A stretch of 64,000 nt of DNA from Mytilus edulis. Lineage: Eukaryota. A model generated the notes under the pieces. That model ran no database searches and was not told where the DNA came from. It saw only the letters and a list, made by a program, of their open reading frames with translations. The stretch covers positions 28,396,001 to 28,460,000 of the forward strand of contig NC_092354.1 of NCBI RefSeq assembly GCF_963676685.1, in the 5' to 3' direction. Below are positions 38,974-50,030 of this stretch, piece by piece. The stretch's first letter is position 1. Each line of letters begins with the position of its first letter. The position numbers were made by a program, and so were the translations under genes.

Positions 38974-39286
38974 ATGAAATTATAATCCTGGTACTTTTGA
39001 TAACTATTTACACCACTGGGTCGATGCCACTGCTGGTGGACGTTTCGTCCCCGATGGTATCACCAGTCCAGTAGTCAGCACTTCGGTGTTGACATGAATA
39101 TCAATTATATGGTCAACTTTGATAAATTTTATGTTTACAAAACTTTGAACTTTTCGAAAAACTAAGTATTTTCTTACCCCAGGAGTAGATTACCTTAGCC
39201 GTATTTGGCACAACTTTTTGGAATTTTTGGTACTCAATGCTCTTCAACTTTGTATATGTTTTGGCTTTTTCACTATTTTGATCTGA

Positions 39287-39330
39287 GCGTCACTGATGAG
39301 TCTTATGTAGACGAAACGCGCGTCTGGCGT
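39287..39330 (+). ncRNA. Type I hammerhead ribozyme (array copy 2)
   Basis: Identical motif; predicted cleavage after 39324. Confidence 0.88.
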
Positions 39331-39642
39331 ATGAAATTATAATCCTGGTACTTTTGATAACTATTTACACCACTGGGTCGATGCCACTGCTGGTGGACGT
39401 TTCGTCCCCGAGGGTATCACCAGCCCAGTAGTCAGCACTTCGGTGTTGACATGAATATCAATTATATGGTCATTTTTATAAATTTTATGTTTACAAAACT
39501 TTGAACTTTTCGAAAAACTAAGTATTTTCTTACCCCAGGAGTAGATTACCTTAGCCGTATTTGGCACAACTTTTTGGAATTTTTGGTCCTCAATGCTCTT
39601 CAACTTTGTATATGTTTTGGCTTTTTCACTATTTTGATCTGA

Positions 39643-39686
39643 GCGTCACTGATGAGTCTTATGTAGACGAAACGCGCGTCTGGCGT
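39643..39686 (+). ncRNA. Type I hammerhead ribozyme (array copy 3)
   Basis: Identical motif; predicted cleavage after 39680. Confidence 0.88.
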
Positions 39687-39998
39687 ATGAAATTATAATC
39701 CTGGTACTTTTGATAACTATTTACACCACTGGGTCGATGCCACTGCTGGTGGACGTTTCGTCCCCGAGGGTATCACCAGCCCAGTAGTCAGCACTTCCGT
39801 GTTGACATGAATATCAATTATATGGTCATTTTTATAAATTTTATGTTTACAAAACTTTGAACTTTTCGAAAAACTAAGGATTTTCTAACCCCAGGAGTAG
39901 ATTACCTTAGCCGTATTTGGCACAACTTTTTGGAATTTTGGGTCCTCAATGCTCTTCAACTTTGTATATGTTTTGGCTTTTTCACTATTTTGATCTGA

Positions 39999-40042
39999 GC
40001 GTCACTGATGAGTCTTATGTAGACGAAACGCGCGTCTGGCGT
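39999..40042 (+). ncRNA. Type I hammerhead ribozyme (array copy 4)
   Basis: Identical motif; predicted cleavage after 40036. Confidence 0.88.
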
Positions 40043-40322
40043 ATGAAATTATAATCCTGGTACTTTTGATAACTATTTGTTAGACTTTTATGCCATTTCC
40101 CTAACATATATATTACATAGCATTAACCAATCTTTATTTGAAATGCATCAGTGAATAGTATGCCAACATCAGTCTTTTTTCTCATACTTCTATTTGTCAG
40201 GTCTCTTTTTTTGCATACCGACATAGAGTATTTTGAAATGTCATTTTATCGATTAATTTCCATATGTCTGCATTCTTCTGGTGTATGCTGAAATGTTACT
40301 CTATCTAATTAATGATATATCT

Positions 40323-40615
40323 CAGGTCAGTATGCTAGCATACCAACCTTGTGTATGCAAAACCTCCAATTCTTTTTGATTATTTTTTTTCCAGGTCTGT
40401 ATGCTAGCATACCAACCTGGTGTATGCTGAACATAATTTTTCTCATAAAATATAAATTCCAGGTCTGTATGCTAGCATACCAACCTGGTGTATGCTGAAC
40501 CTCCATTATTTTTCAGGTCTGTATGCTAGCATACCAACCTGGTGTATGCTGAACCTAGATTATTTTTTTATTTAATTTTAGTTTTTCAGGTCTGTATGCT
40601 AGCATACCAACCTGG
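40323..40615. repeat. Five ~41-bp palindromic direct repeats with variable AT-rich spacers
   Basis: CAGGTCTGTATGCTAGCATACCAACCTGGTGTATGCTGAAC at 40323 (diverged), 40392, 40460, 40514 and 40587 (truncated). Confidence 0.9.
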
Positions 40616-41129
40616 TTTTTATTACTGTTTCTTTTAATTACAGCACTCTTCGACACAACGACTTTGTTTCAGACCAACTTCCATAACTTTATATACGATA
40701 ACATTTTGCCCATCTCTAGTCTGTATATCAGACTGATGCATACGTACACATTTTCTCACAGTAAGTATGCTTGTGATGCGTGTGTTCTTATAACCTTTAT
40801 GTAAGTTAAACTGACTCGATATAATATTTATTGTCATGCATTACCATGTCAATCTTGGTTGAATTAAATTAAATTAATCATAAATATAAATTGAAATTGA
40901 ATGCAACACGTGCTAAATGATTGCGTGAAATTTGGTCTTATATCACCTTATAGACATCATTTTGTCATCTGACCGTGGCAGCATTTCCGTTTTTTTAATG
41001 AAATTCTCCATGATTACTGAACTTAGATATAAATTATAAGAAATGACTGTATGATTTCTTATGTCTATTGTTATAACACCAAAAATGGGTTATAAAGTTA
41101 TCTAGTGAACACAATATTATTATGGCATG

Positions 41130-41803
41130 TATTTATATCTTTATCATGATGATGGGATACTTGGATTTGCAACTTAACAATTACCCCCAAATAACACTGC
41201 CTTGGTAAGCTGCACGTTTCGTATGTTCTATGAAGAAGTGCATCTCGTGTTGGATGAATATTGTCAATTGTTTTTGTCTTTTGCGTGAATAACTGTTTTC
41301 TTAACTCATTCACCATTATATTAGCTGTACTAGACAGATCATACAAAAGCACAACATATCGTTCTATTATTTTTAACACTTTTTTAAATTTCCACTTCAT
41401 TTGGATTCTCAATAACCTGCAGAAATGCGTGACGAAGTGGGACGTTTGTTTGGCGGTGTGTGATGCTTCAAGTTTACAGTCACGTCAGAACGGGGACGTT
41501 AAATCCGATGCTTTGTGTTAAGAGGATAAGGAAACTTGCTAAGATGAGTCTTTGATCGAGTTGTCCAAATAGCAACCAAGCTTGAGAAGGATGCTAGAAA
41601 ATTTGGTTCATCAAGATGAAAGCAGACATCAATGGGCCTTTTACAATGTTGTCATATGTAGGTGTATTTGTAGTCAATTGTGACTTGGAAATAGAAATAA
41701 GGTCTTCTTCAGCTCGACAGTAAAATGCTGGATATAGTGGGGCGTTCGTCTGTCTGTTCGGGATGAAAATGTCACGGAGCTCTTCTAAGGCTTTAAAAAA
41801 CAA
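41130..41803 (-). pseudogene. Fragments of an Academ-like (XPG/PIN-associated) transposase
   Basis: IERYVVLLYDLSSTANIMVNELRKQLFTQKTKTIDNIHPTRDALLH matches the remembered motif ERFV..LY...VNEAR..LF...E.LPPT.DAL..H. Interrupted by a SINE-like piece at ~41430-41515. Confidence 0.55.
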
Positions 41804-42553
41804 ATTTTCTTGTAAACATATTTATTATGTACAGGTTCACATAAATACACTTTCATTACAATATATTACATTGATAATATAAAGACATGTGCATTCTCTA
41901 TCACTAACTATCTTCAATCCTCTCGAATCTCAACATTCATTAACTTTTGGTATTGTGGAGGCCTTCACTACTTTCATAACTTTCTCACGTATAAAAAAGA
42001 AATATCTAAATCCAGGAAAGGACAGTTATTACCGAAAAAACTTAATGTATTTACAGTAAGTTCCTTGGGATAAGCAGTATATTGAGAAATTCTTGATTAT
42101 TTAACGAAAAAAAATCATCATTTGATATAAGTTTACCTTTTATAAAATATAAAATATAAAACAAATTAACTATCAATCTTCTAATTCTCCAACGTGTACA
42201 CGAAAACAGCTTCTATCGTCAAACATTTATAAACAATTGCTGGACGGAAGTAGGTTAAAAGGCAGTTATTCCTATTTCTCCATTCAATAAGACCTACGTT
42301 GAATGCTGTTGAGGAAGTTTATTCTCGTGGTTTATGCACAGTCGGTGGTATGTAGTTCATAACCCTGTCCCGTGATGGATCATCATCTTCAGGTGTTTCG
42401 AAAGTTTGAAAGTCATTGGGTGCGCTCGGCTGACAGGTTCTGGACGTCCTGAACGTCTGGAATTAACCGGAAGTCCAGAAAAACAAAATGGAACTGCGTT
42501 CAGAACGAGTTCCGTGCGTCCCCAAAAAAAAGGTGGTGCAGATAGAATTCAAA

Positions 42554-45500
42554 ATGGCGACCAAAGGAGTTGAAGGGTAAATTTACAACAGTATTTAGCT
42601 TCCAGGGACATCAATAATGAAAAATATTACTCATTTTGAAATCGAATCATCACCTTGTATCACCTACATCATATTGACCTATTTATAAGAGAAAATTTGC
42701 GTTGATTGTGTTAAAAACTTCATTTCTGTCTGACAGCCACTGATCAGCGCCGATCGGACAGCCTTTCCCGTCCTGAAGATGTAAATAATGACGACACTGA
42801 AATTTTAATTTATACTATAGATTGTGTACAACAAAACCCTGTGTACATGTACCACACATTGTTGGATCAAGGACTTCCGAAAAGGGGGAGGGGCATTGAC
42901 TGGCTAAGAAAGGACAGTTCTGGTCATGTTTCAGTGATTTTCTATTTCAATATAAATTTCCTCTCAAAAGGTGGGGCCGGGCCACCCCCTGGATCTGCCT
43001 ATGCCACAACCCCTTTGTCCTTGGGTTACATGCATTGCAGCACTTATTTACACAGGAAGAAATGCAACAAGTGTCTGCCCTTTTTTGCTGGTCAGTGGAC
43101 CAACTCTTCAACCTTAAAAAAGGGGGGTGGGTCATACAAAATAATATATCGTAGCTGATTTTTTCCCCCCAAGAATACTACAGGTTTAAATTTTGTAATG
43201 CAGTCAGACAGTGTTTTATATACGGCCAAATTTTTTTCGGTCGTATATTGGTATAGGTCTGCCGTCGTCTGTCAACATTGGTTTCCGCAGGTTATTTCTT
43301 GGTTTGCCTTGACCGATCCTTTTGATATTTTAACACAATGTTACTTATGACAAAATGCAACCTAAGTTCGAAGATGGGGTCCGTGGCCCCTCCCGTTCCA
43401 GAAATAGGGGCCAAAATTCAAAAATTACTTTTCCATGCATTTTCTATGGTTTCTTATGCCCAATCAACTTGGTAATTTAAACTAATATTAATTATGACTG
43501 AAAAAAAAATCAATCCAAAATTCTTTCAATCCATTAAGGAAGTACTCCAACATGGATAAAGACAAATGAGGCATTCTGAAATGAATGCTCGCAATTACTG
43601 AGAGCTACAATGTATCTCAGGAGGCAAAATAGAATGACCAAAGGCAATTTCTACTAAATTTAGAAGTAACTCTGTCACCACACTTTTTTAGCTAGCCGAG
43701 TTTGGAGCTGTAACTTCATACACTTAATTAGTACATGTAATTAATACATGATGTTGTATAATGCCAAAAAAGAAACTTACTATAATTTAGTTTTTTAGTG
43801 TATTTTGTCATAGACACCAAAGCAATTTTTGTAATTAATGTTTCTTTTACATAGGAAGAAACTAGTATACTGCACGCTCGATGGAGTCAAATACTCTGTT
43901 TATGTAGATCCTATGACGAACCACAATTTGAATTCAACAGGTAAGAAACATTAAAAAGATCCAATTTAAATTTCAGATCAGTGGCATGGTGAGGACCAAT
44001 TTAAAGTGGCCCCTTCCCATTGCAGAAAAAGGGGAGATTACAATTTTGTTATTTTCTGTTGACAGTATACATTTGGATTCTCAAGCATATTGCATACACA
44101 CAACTGCTTATGCTGCTTTCAATTTTCAAAAAATGTTTCTATGTTTGCTAATAGAGGGCATTATCTGATTGAACAGTACTAACTGTTTAGTTTTATGTGT
44201 GTACTGGTATCGGTTGGTATAAAGGAATTTATTTTTAGGAATTGTATGTTGTTGTTGAGTACTTTATTGTTGAAATTTGCATAGTCTGGCACGTTTTTTG
44301 TTTTGCAATAAATAGAAAAAAGAAGGGATATGGGGTAAATGCCAAAGAGACAACCACCAACTCCCCGTCAGTAAACGTGTTAAGTTAAACGACTAGAGAT
44401 CAATGTGCAAGCTTCAGAGAATGGTGAGAGCACTCGGTTGGCACACATCCTCTAGAAGGCCTCTAACAAAAAAGTGTTTACAAGTGGCTAATACTGTCCA
44501 ACATCAGAATTACCTTACAAAAAGGGTAAAAATGAGACAGATACGATTACTAACCAACATTTTCCTGACTTGGGACGAGCGCATAAAAGCTTACAGACAT
44601 GTATTTATAATGTCAATTTTCCTAGTCATAATTTTTTAATACATGTACATCATGTACATGTATGCAAAAGAACGGATATGGCAAAATGTCACAAATACAG
44701 TAAAAAAACACCAAAAAGAGAGTGAGCCGAAACTTGCATTCAGATGTCACTGCGTACATGGCATAATGAGTATTCAAATTTCAGGTCACATCACCATGAC
44801 TATGATGTCAGATCATCATATAGATTATTTAAATTTGAATGACACACCCGTGATCAACATATTTTTGATTTTGGACAGCATATATCAGATTTTGGACAGG
44901 CACGTAAAACATGCATTGTTTCTTGTTTTACAGTGTACATGTACTACATATGTATATGCAACTACATTCCTTCAAACATACTGTTATATATCTAAACACA
45001 TTTTGTACTTGTACATTATTTAAACTAACATTTAATTTTTAAATGGAAAATGTATTTAAATACCTATACATTATATACATGTACTTTATTGTGCTTTAGA
45101 TCCTTTGCTGAAAGCTCAGTCGCAAAAGATAATAATTGATGCTGTGAGGGCTAAAACCAATACAGACGACGACGACACGACAACTGAAAACCAGCAGGAA
45201 GGTAAAAAATGTACATTTCCATAGTGGCAATGTATGGATTTTGTACAGTATTTAAATCCGTTTTAGTTCACTTCAGCCAGTGTGGGCGATGTTCATTGTA
45301 AAATGTTGTAAGTCTGACAGTCTGACAGTTAACTTTCCACATTCTCATCATCTTTTTCTCATGAACTACTTACAGAATTTACAATACTTTGGAAAATTGC
45401 ATTTAGTTTTTTTTTCAAGTACAAATATAAAGTTAACTTGAAACAAACCATGCAAATATATAGTACCTAATAGATTTTGTCCCTTTGGTTCAGTTAAAAA

Positions 45501-48044
45501 TTCCAATATGGGCTCCAGTGGACCAAAAGTAGCTCTTGGGATGATGTAAAAAGGTCCAATTCAGTCTATAATGCCGGATGTGGGATTCAGGCTCCTAGTT
45601 GCTTCTATTTTACATCTTTTGAGGAATATCAACTAATTATGATTTTCTAGGTCACAAGTGCAAGGTCAATAAGGGCATTGCAACTTTTGTGTATCATTGT
45701 ATGCCAAGGGGATGCTCCTCTTTATACGGCCCTTTGTTTACTCATGCACATGTATATTGATTTGTTTTCTTGTTAAATGTATAATATTATTTGTCTTACT
45801 TTTTAGAAAACAGTAATAGAGCAACTCTCACTTTTTGCGATGTGTGTAGTCAGGGAGTTGAGAGAGGTGTCAGACATGTTTGCCCAGATGTTGAACAAAG
45901 TCCAGATGGTAAGACATAATGAAATAACATTGTTTCATGAAAATTTCAAATGCTCAGATCTCACAGCCTGAACAATACATGAAATGTAATTTACAAGAAG
46001 TACATGTATATGATGGAAAATGAAGGGATACAGGGTATATGCAGCTTGCATCAAGATTGTAATATGATGAAAAAAGACATGCAGGGAGCTCCAACTTTTT
46101 GTCCTACGATTTTTAGCTCACCTCACGAAGTGAGGGGGGCTTATGTGATACCCTCGGCGTCGGCATCGGCGTCGGCGTCCGGTTAACATTTTTGGTTAAA
46201 GTCCATTCCTGCTTACTGACAACCCCCACCTCAACTATATTGGTATGTATGATGCACCTAGAGATGCTAAGCACTATGCATGCTTCGGGTGCTGGCTGTG
46301 ACCTATATTTTACGCTTGAACGACTCGGTTAAGATTTTTGGTTAAAGTCCATTCCCGCTTACTGACAACCCCCGTCTCAACTATAGTGGTATGTATGATG
46401 CACCTAGAGATGCTATGCACAATGCATGCTTCGGATGCTGGCCGTGACCTATATTTTACGAATGAACGATTCAGTTAAGATTTTTGGTTTAAGTCCCCCA
46501 CATCAATTATATTTGTATGTATGATGCACCTAGGGATGCTAAGCACAATGCATGCTTCGGATGCTGGATGTGACCTAGATTTTACGGTTGAATGATTACA
46601 TGTTATAGAGTCAAAATAGTTAACGAGGTGAGCTTTGTAATCGTTGATTACCTATGTTTTAAAATCTGTGCGTCTTTCGTATCTTGAAAAGAAAAAGTTC
46701 AAGATCACTTCTTAAAAACATGGAATTTCAGTTTATGACCTGGGATGTTGTGGGATTGGTGAGCCCCGTTCGAAACCGTCGGTTGGTAGGATTGTCAAAT
46801 TCAAAACATTTGTAATTTTCTAACACTGTGGGTCTTTTTTCAAAACGTTTTTCTCAAAGATTTTTTTTTGAAGACCTTCCATCATGTTTCTTTGATCAAG
46901 TGGATTGTTATTTGTATAACTGAAGTCCGCCTGTGTGTGTGTGTGTCCCTCCATCCAAACAACCAACTGTTAACGCTCTCATGCTAACATTTCTGAATGG
47001 AATTTGATCCAGTTTTCACAAAAGGCTTTTGTTTTGAATTCGAAAATGAGTGTCGTTTGACAATTTTTGTTGGGAGTTAATGCCCTTTGAATTTTAGATT
47101 ATGTGAACAATTCCCTGGTTAGCTTTCTCACACTTATATTTCTTAATGAATTTTGTCAAAATTTTCACAAAATGTTTTTTTTATTATGAAGCCAATGATG
47201 TACCTCAGTCAAGTTTGAAAATCAGTGCTGTATGACAATTTAAGACAATCAAATAAACCTGATAGTTCTTCCTTAAATTAGATTTAAAGATTTTGGAATC
47301 TGTTGATGCCATATTTATTAACCATCTCATATCTAGCATTTTTGGGGTTTATAAATATAAAATCCTTTTCAGAGTGTACAGTATTCTTTTGTGGTGCAAT
47401 GTCATTAACTTTTAGATCAATATCATGTTTCCATTGCAGATGAATCCAGCAGTAATAAAGAGGATTCAACAGGTACGAATATAATTTGGACAAAAAGTAA
47501 TACGTTACTCCTAATTGAGGAGTATAGGGCAAACAAGAATAAAATGGAAAAGGGCATTTTAAGAAAGAAGGTTGTTTGGGAGAAGATTGCTAAAATGCTC
47601 TGCTCAAAAGGATTTTCTGTTAATGGTGATCAAGTAAATGGAAAGTGGAAAACATTAATGAGGGGGTACAAGAGTGTGAAGGACAATAACAAAAAATCTG
47701 GTGCAGGAAAAAAATCATACGAGTTTGAAGAAGTATTGGATGAACTATTTGAAAATGATCCGATCATTAAACCTGTACTTACCTTAAGCAGCACCGATAA
47801 TAATAAAAAATCTGCCACTGCTACTGATAAACCAGATGATGAAGAAATAGCAACACCAAAACCAGCAAAAAAGCCAAGAAAGACCACCTCTGCAGACATC
47901 GCAGATACCATTAAACAATACTTGCAGGAGTCAAAACAGCATCAGGAAGACACAATAGAAAGACAGGAAAGAATGCATAAGGATCGGATTAACGCCTATA
48001 AAGGAGTTGAAGATGCCCTAAGGAGTTTCCTTGCAAAGAAATAG
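42554..48044 (+). CDS. Harbinger Myb/SANT-like (trihelix) DNA-binding partner protein, 5 exons, ~305 aa
   Basis: Exons 42554-42576, 43855-43940, 45100-45201, 45807-45908 and 47440-48044, all GT/AG, phase-compatible (2,1,1,1) and stop-free. The last exon encodes WTKSNTLLLIEEY...VWEKIAKML...G...QVNGKWKTLMRGYK and a C-terminal coiled coil. Confidence 0.85.
46111..46660 (+). mobile_element. HINE-type element nested in intron 4 of the Harbinger partner gene
   Basis: SubTIR AGCTCACCT (46115-46123) and inverted AGGTGAGCT (46626-46634). CGGCGT microsatellite, 146-bp units at 46189, 46335 and 46481, 3' hairpin GTAATC-GTT-GATTAC. Confidence 0.85.
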
Positions 48045-48603
48045 TAATACATGTATATAAAATTTGAACATGTTCAATTCACTGATTGTCATTGTGTTAC
48101 AGAGTTCATAAAAAATGGGAAAATATTAAAGTATTGAATAATTTCAAATCAACCAATTAAAACAAACATTACAACCGGTCTTTAGAAACTTATGCTTATT
48201 GAATGGCAATTAATTTTTTTTGGGTCATGTTTGCTTAATTCAGAATTCTTAGATAAGAAAAAGGCAGGATCAGAGTTTAATAGTACATGTAACACCGTGA
48301 CTATAAACGGACAGTGCTATTACAGTTGGTCATGTTTTTATTGAAAATTTCCAACCTTTGTACATTATATTTCATATAAATTTTTAGGTGATCGCAAACA
48401 AAGAAATAGAGCTTTATGGACTGTCATACTATATGGTATGCTTTCTTGAAATCTGCAAATAATCAGGTCAAATGCTATGGTGACACAAAACACACACACA
48501 CACAAAGACAGACCAATTCATTTTCAATTGCTTACAATAGTTCGATATTTATGATTTTGGACTGCTTAATGCATTCATTCAAATTTAACATGTATATTTT
48601 CAG

Positions 48604-48752
48604 AATGCAAGATTTGTATGGACAGTGAATCGGATTGCCTAGTTTCACCATGCAACCATTTGGCAATGTGTATGGATTGTGCGAAAATGTTAGATAACTG
48701 TCCAATCTGCCGAAAAGATATTTGCAAAAGACTTAAAATCTTCAGATGTTAA
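48604..48752 (+). CDS. Terminal exon encoding an IAP/MDM2-type C3HC4 RING finger (putative E3 ligase domain)
   Basis: After the TATATTTTCAG acceptor (phase 1): CKICMDSESDCLVSPCNHLAMCMDCAKMLDNCPICRKDICKRLKIFRC*. Spacing C-x2-C-x11-C-x-H-x3-C-x2-C-x6-C-x2-C; no internal stop. Not in the ORF track because it is a short spliced exon. Confidence 0.85.
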
Positions 48753-49167
48753 ACCTTTGTAAATGTTCAAGTGAAACAAGTTTAAATGCATTTAATTTTA
48801 TAACATTTTGATGTTCATATTATTGAGTATAATACTATATAAGTGTCACCTTGTCCGTCCCTGTGTCTGAAAGTTGTTGTTTCTGAATGTTTTTTTTAAC
48901 CTGTGTCACCGAAGGCGAAAGAAGGGCAACTCTGTCTGGCCAAAGACTGATATAGCCTTACCTTGTGTAATCTGTAACTCCAAAAGCATTAATTCGACAT
49001 TCTTAAAAATATGCATAGTTATTGGATAAATATTGAAGATGTACACTTCCTATATTAGGCAGATTCTTAAAATTATTTGTCAAATTTTCATGTATTGAAT
49101 GCAGCCATTTTCTGGAAATATTGTTTTAATTGGTACCTACTGTGTGTAATCTAAATCTGGAACTTTA

Positions 49168-50030
49168 TTCCAAAATCATGATACTTTGCATAGTCATGAG
49201 ATAAATATTGAAGATGTGTACTCTCTTTTTTTGCGTTCTTTCCAAATTAGATGCACATCTTCTTACTAGTTTGGTACTGCGTGACACAGGTTAAGTTTGG
49301 TCTTGTTTTTTTATAGTCCAGTTTCTTATTACATTTTTATTTTTTAAGATTTTAAGGTATAAAATCTTAACTTGTTATGGATATTTTCTTTTACACTTGT
49401 TATACATTTTTATTTTTTAAGATTTTAAGGTATAAAATCTTAATCTAAATTCCAAAATCATGATACTTTGCATAGTCATGAGATAAATATTGAAGATGTG
49501 TACTCTCTTTTTTTGCGTTCTTTCCAAATTAAAAAACAGATGCCAATTTTACTGCGTCTGAATCGCTTTTCTGGATTAACCTTCATCAGGAACGCTCAAG
49601 TTCAAAAAGTAGGAAAGCAAAAAAATCAAATCAAATGGGAGCATTAACACTGAATAGGGCATAAACAGAACAGCCAAAATCAAATTATCCAATTGTTGAA
49701 GTTTAGTCAATATTTTGAAGGTATATTTAGCAGAAACTAAAACAGGTTTTTATTATCTTAATAAACTTTGGTATTTTTGAATGTATTGTCACAAAAGATG
49801 CACATCTTCTTACTAGTTTGGTACTGCGTGACACAGGTTAAGTTTGGTCTTGTTTTTTTATAGTACAGTTTCTTATAACATTTTTATTTTTTAAGATTTT
49901 AAGGTATAAAATCTTAATTTGTTATGGATATTTTCTTTTACACTTGTTATACATTTTTATTTTTTAAGATTTTAAGGTATAAAATCTTAATTTGTTATGG
50001 ATATTTTCTTTTACACTTGTTACATTTTTT
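49168..50030 (+). repeat. Local tandem duplication (~280 bp) with ~73-bp sub-repeats; the second copy carries a ~265-bp insertion
   Basis: TTCCAAAATCATGATACTTTGC...CCAAATT|AGATGCACATC appears at 49168 (uninterrupted) and 49450 (interrupted by 49531-49795). Sub-repeat hairpin TTAAGATTTTA-AGGTA-TAAAATCTTAA. Confidence 0.85.
49554..49595 (-). ncRNA. Degenerate type I hammerhead of a second family
   Basis: Reverse complement reads GCGTTC-CTGATGA-AGGTTAATCCA-GAAA-AGCGA-TTC-AGACGC; stems imperfect. Confidence 0.55.

Larger units (their letters stand above)
38856..40076 (+). repeat. Tandem array of ~356-bp retrozyme-like units (~3.4 copies) with four hammerhead ribozymes
   Basis: Near-identical units with periods of 357, 356 and 356 bp, each carrying a type I hammerhead. 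Confidence 0.92.

Noticed and set aside
40323-40615. CRISPR array
   Set aside because: Eukaryotic context, no cas genes, and spacers are low-complexity, T-rich, partly related and vary from 13 to 32 bp.
48416-48628. 70-aa ORF MDCHTIW...
   Set aside because: Intronic or UTR sequence overlapping the RING exon in a different frame.
48604-48752. Last exon of a host IAP (BIR) gene spanning the region
   Set aside because: No BIR-encoding exons seen upstream, and the exon lies inside the transposon termini on the partner-gene strand.
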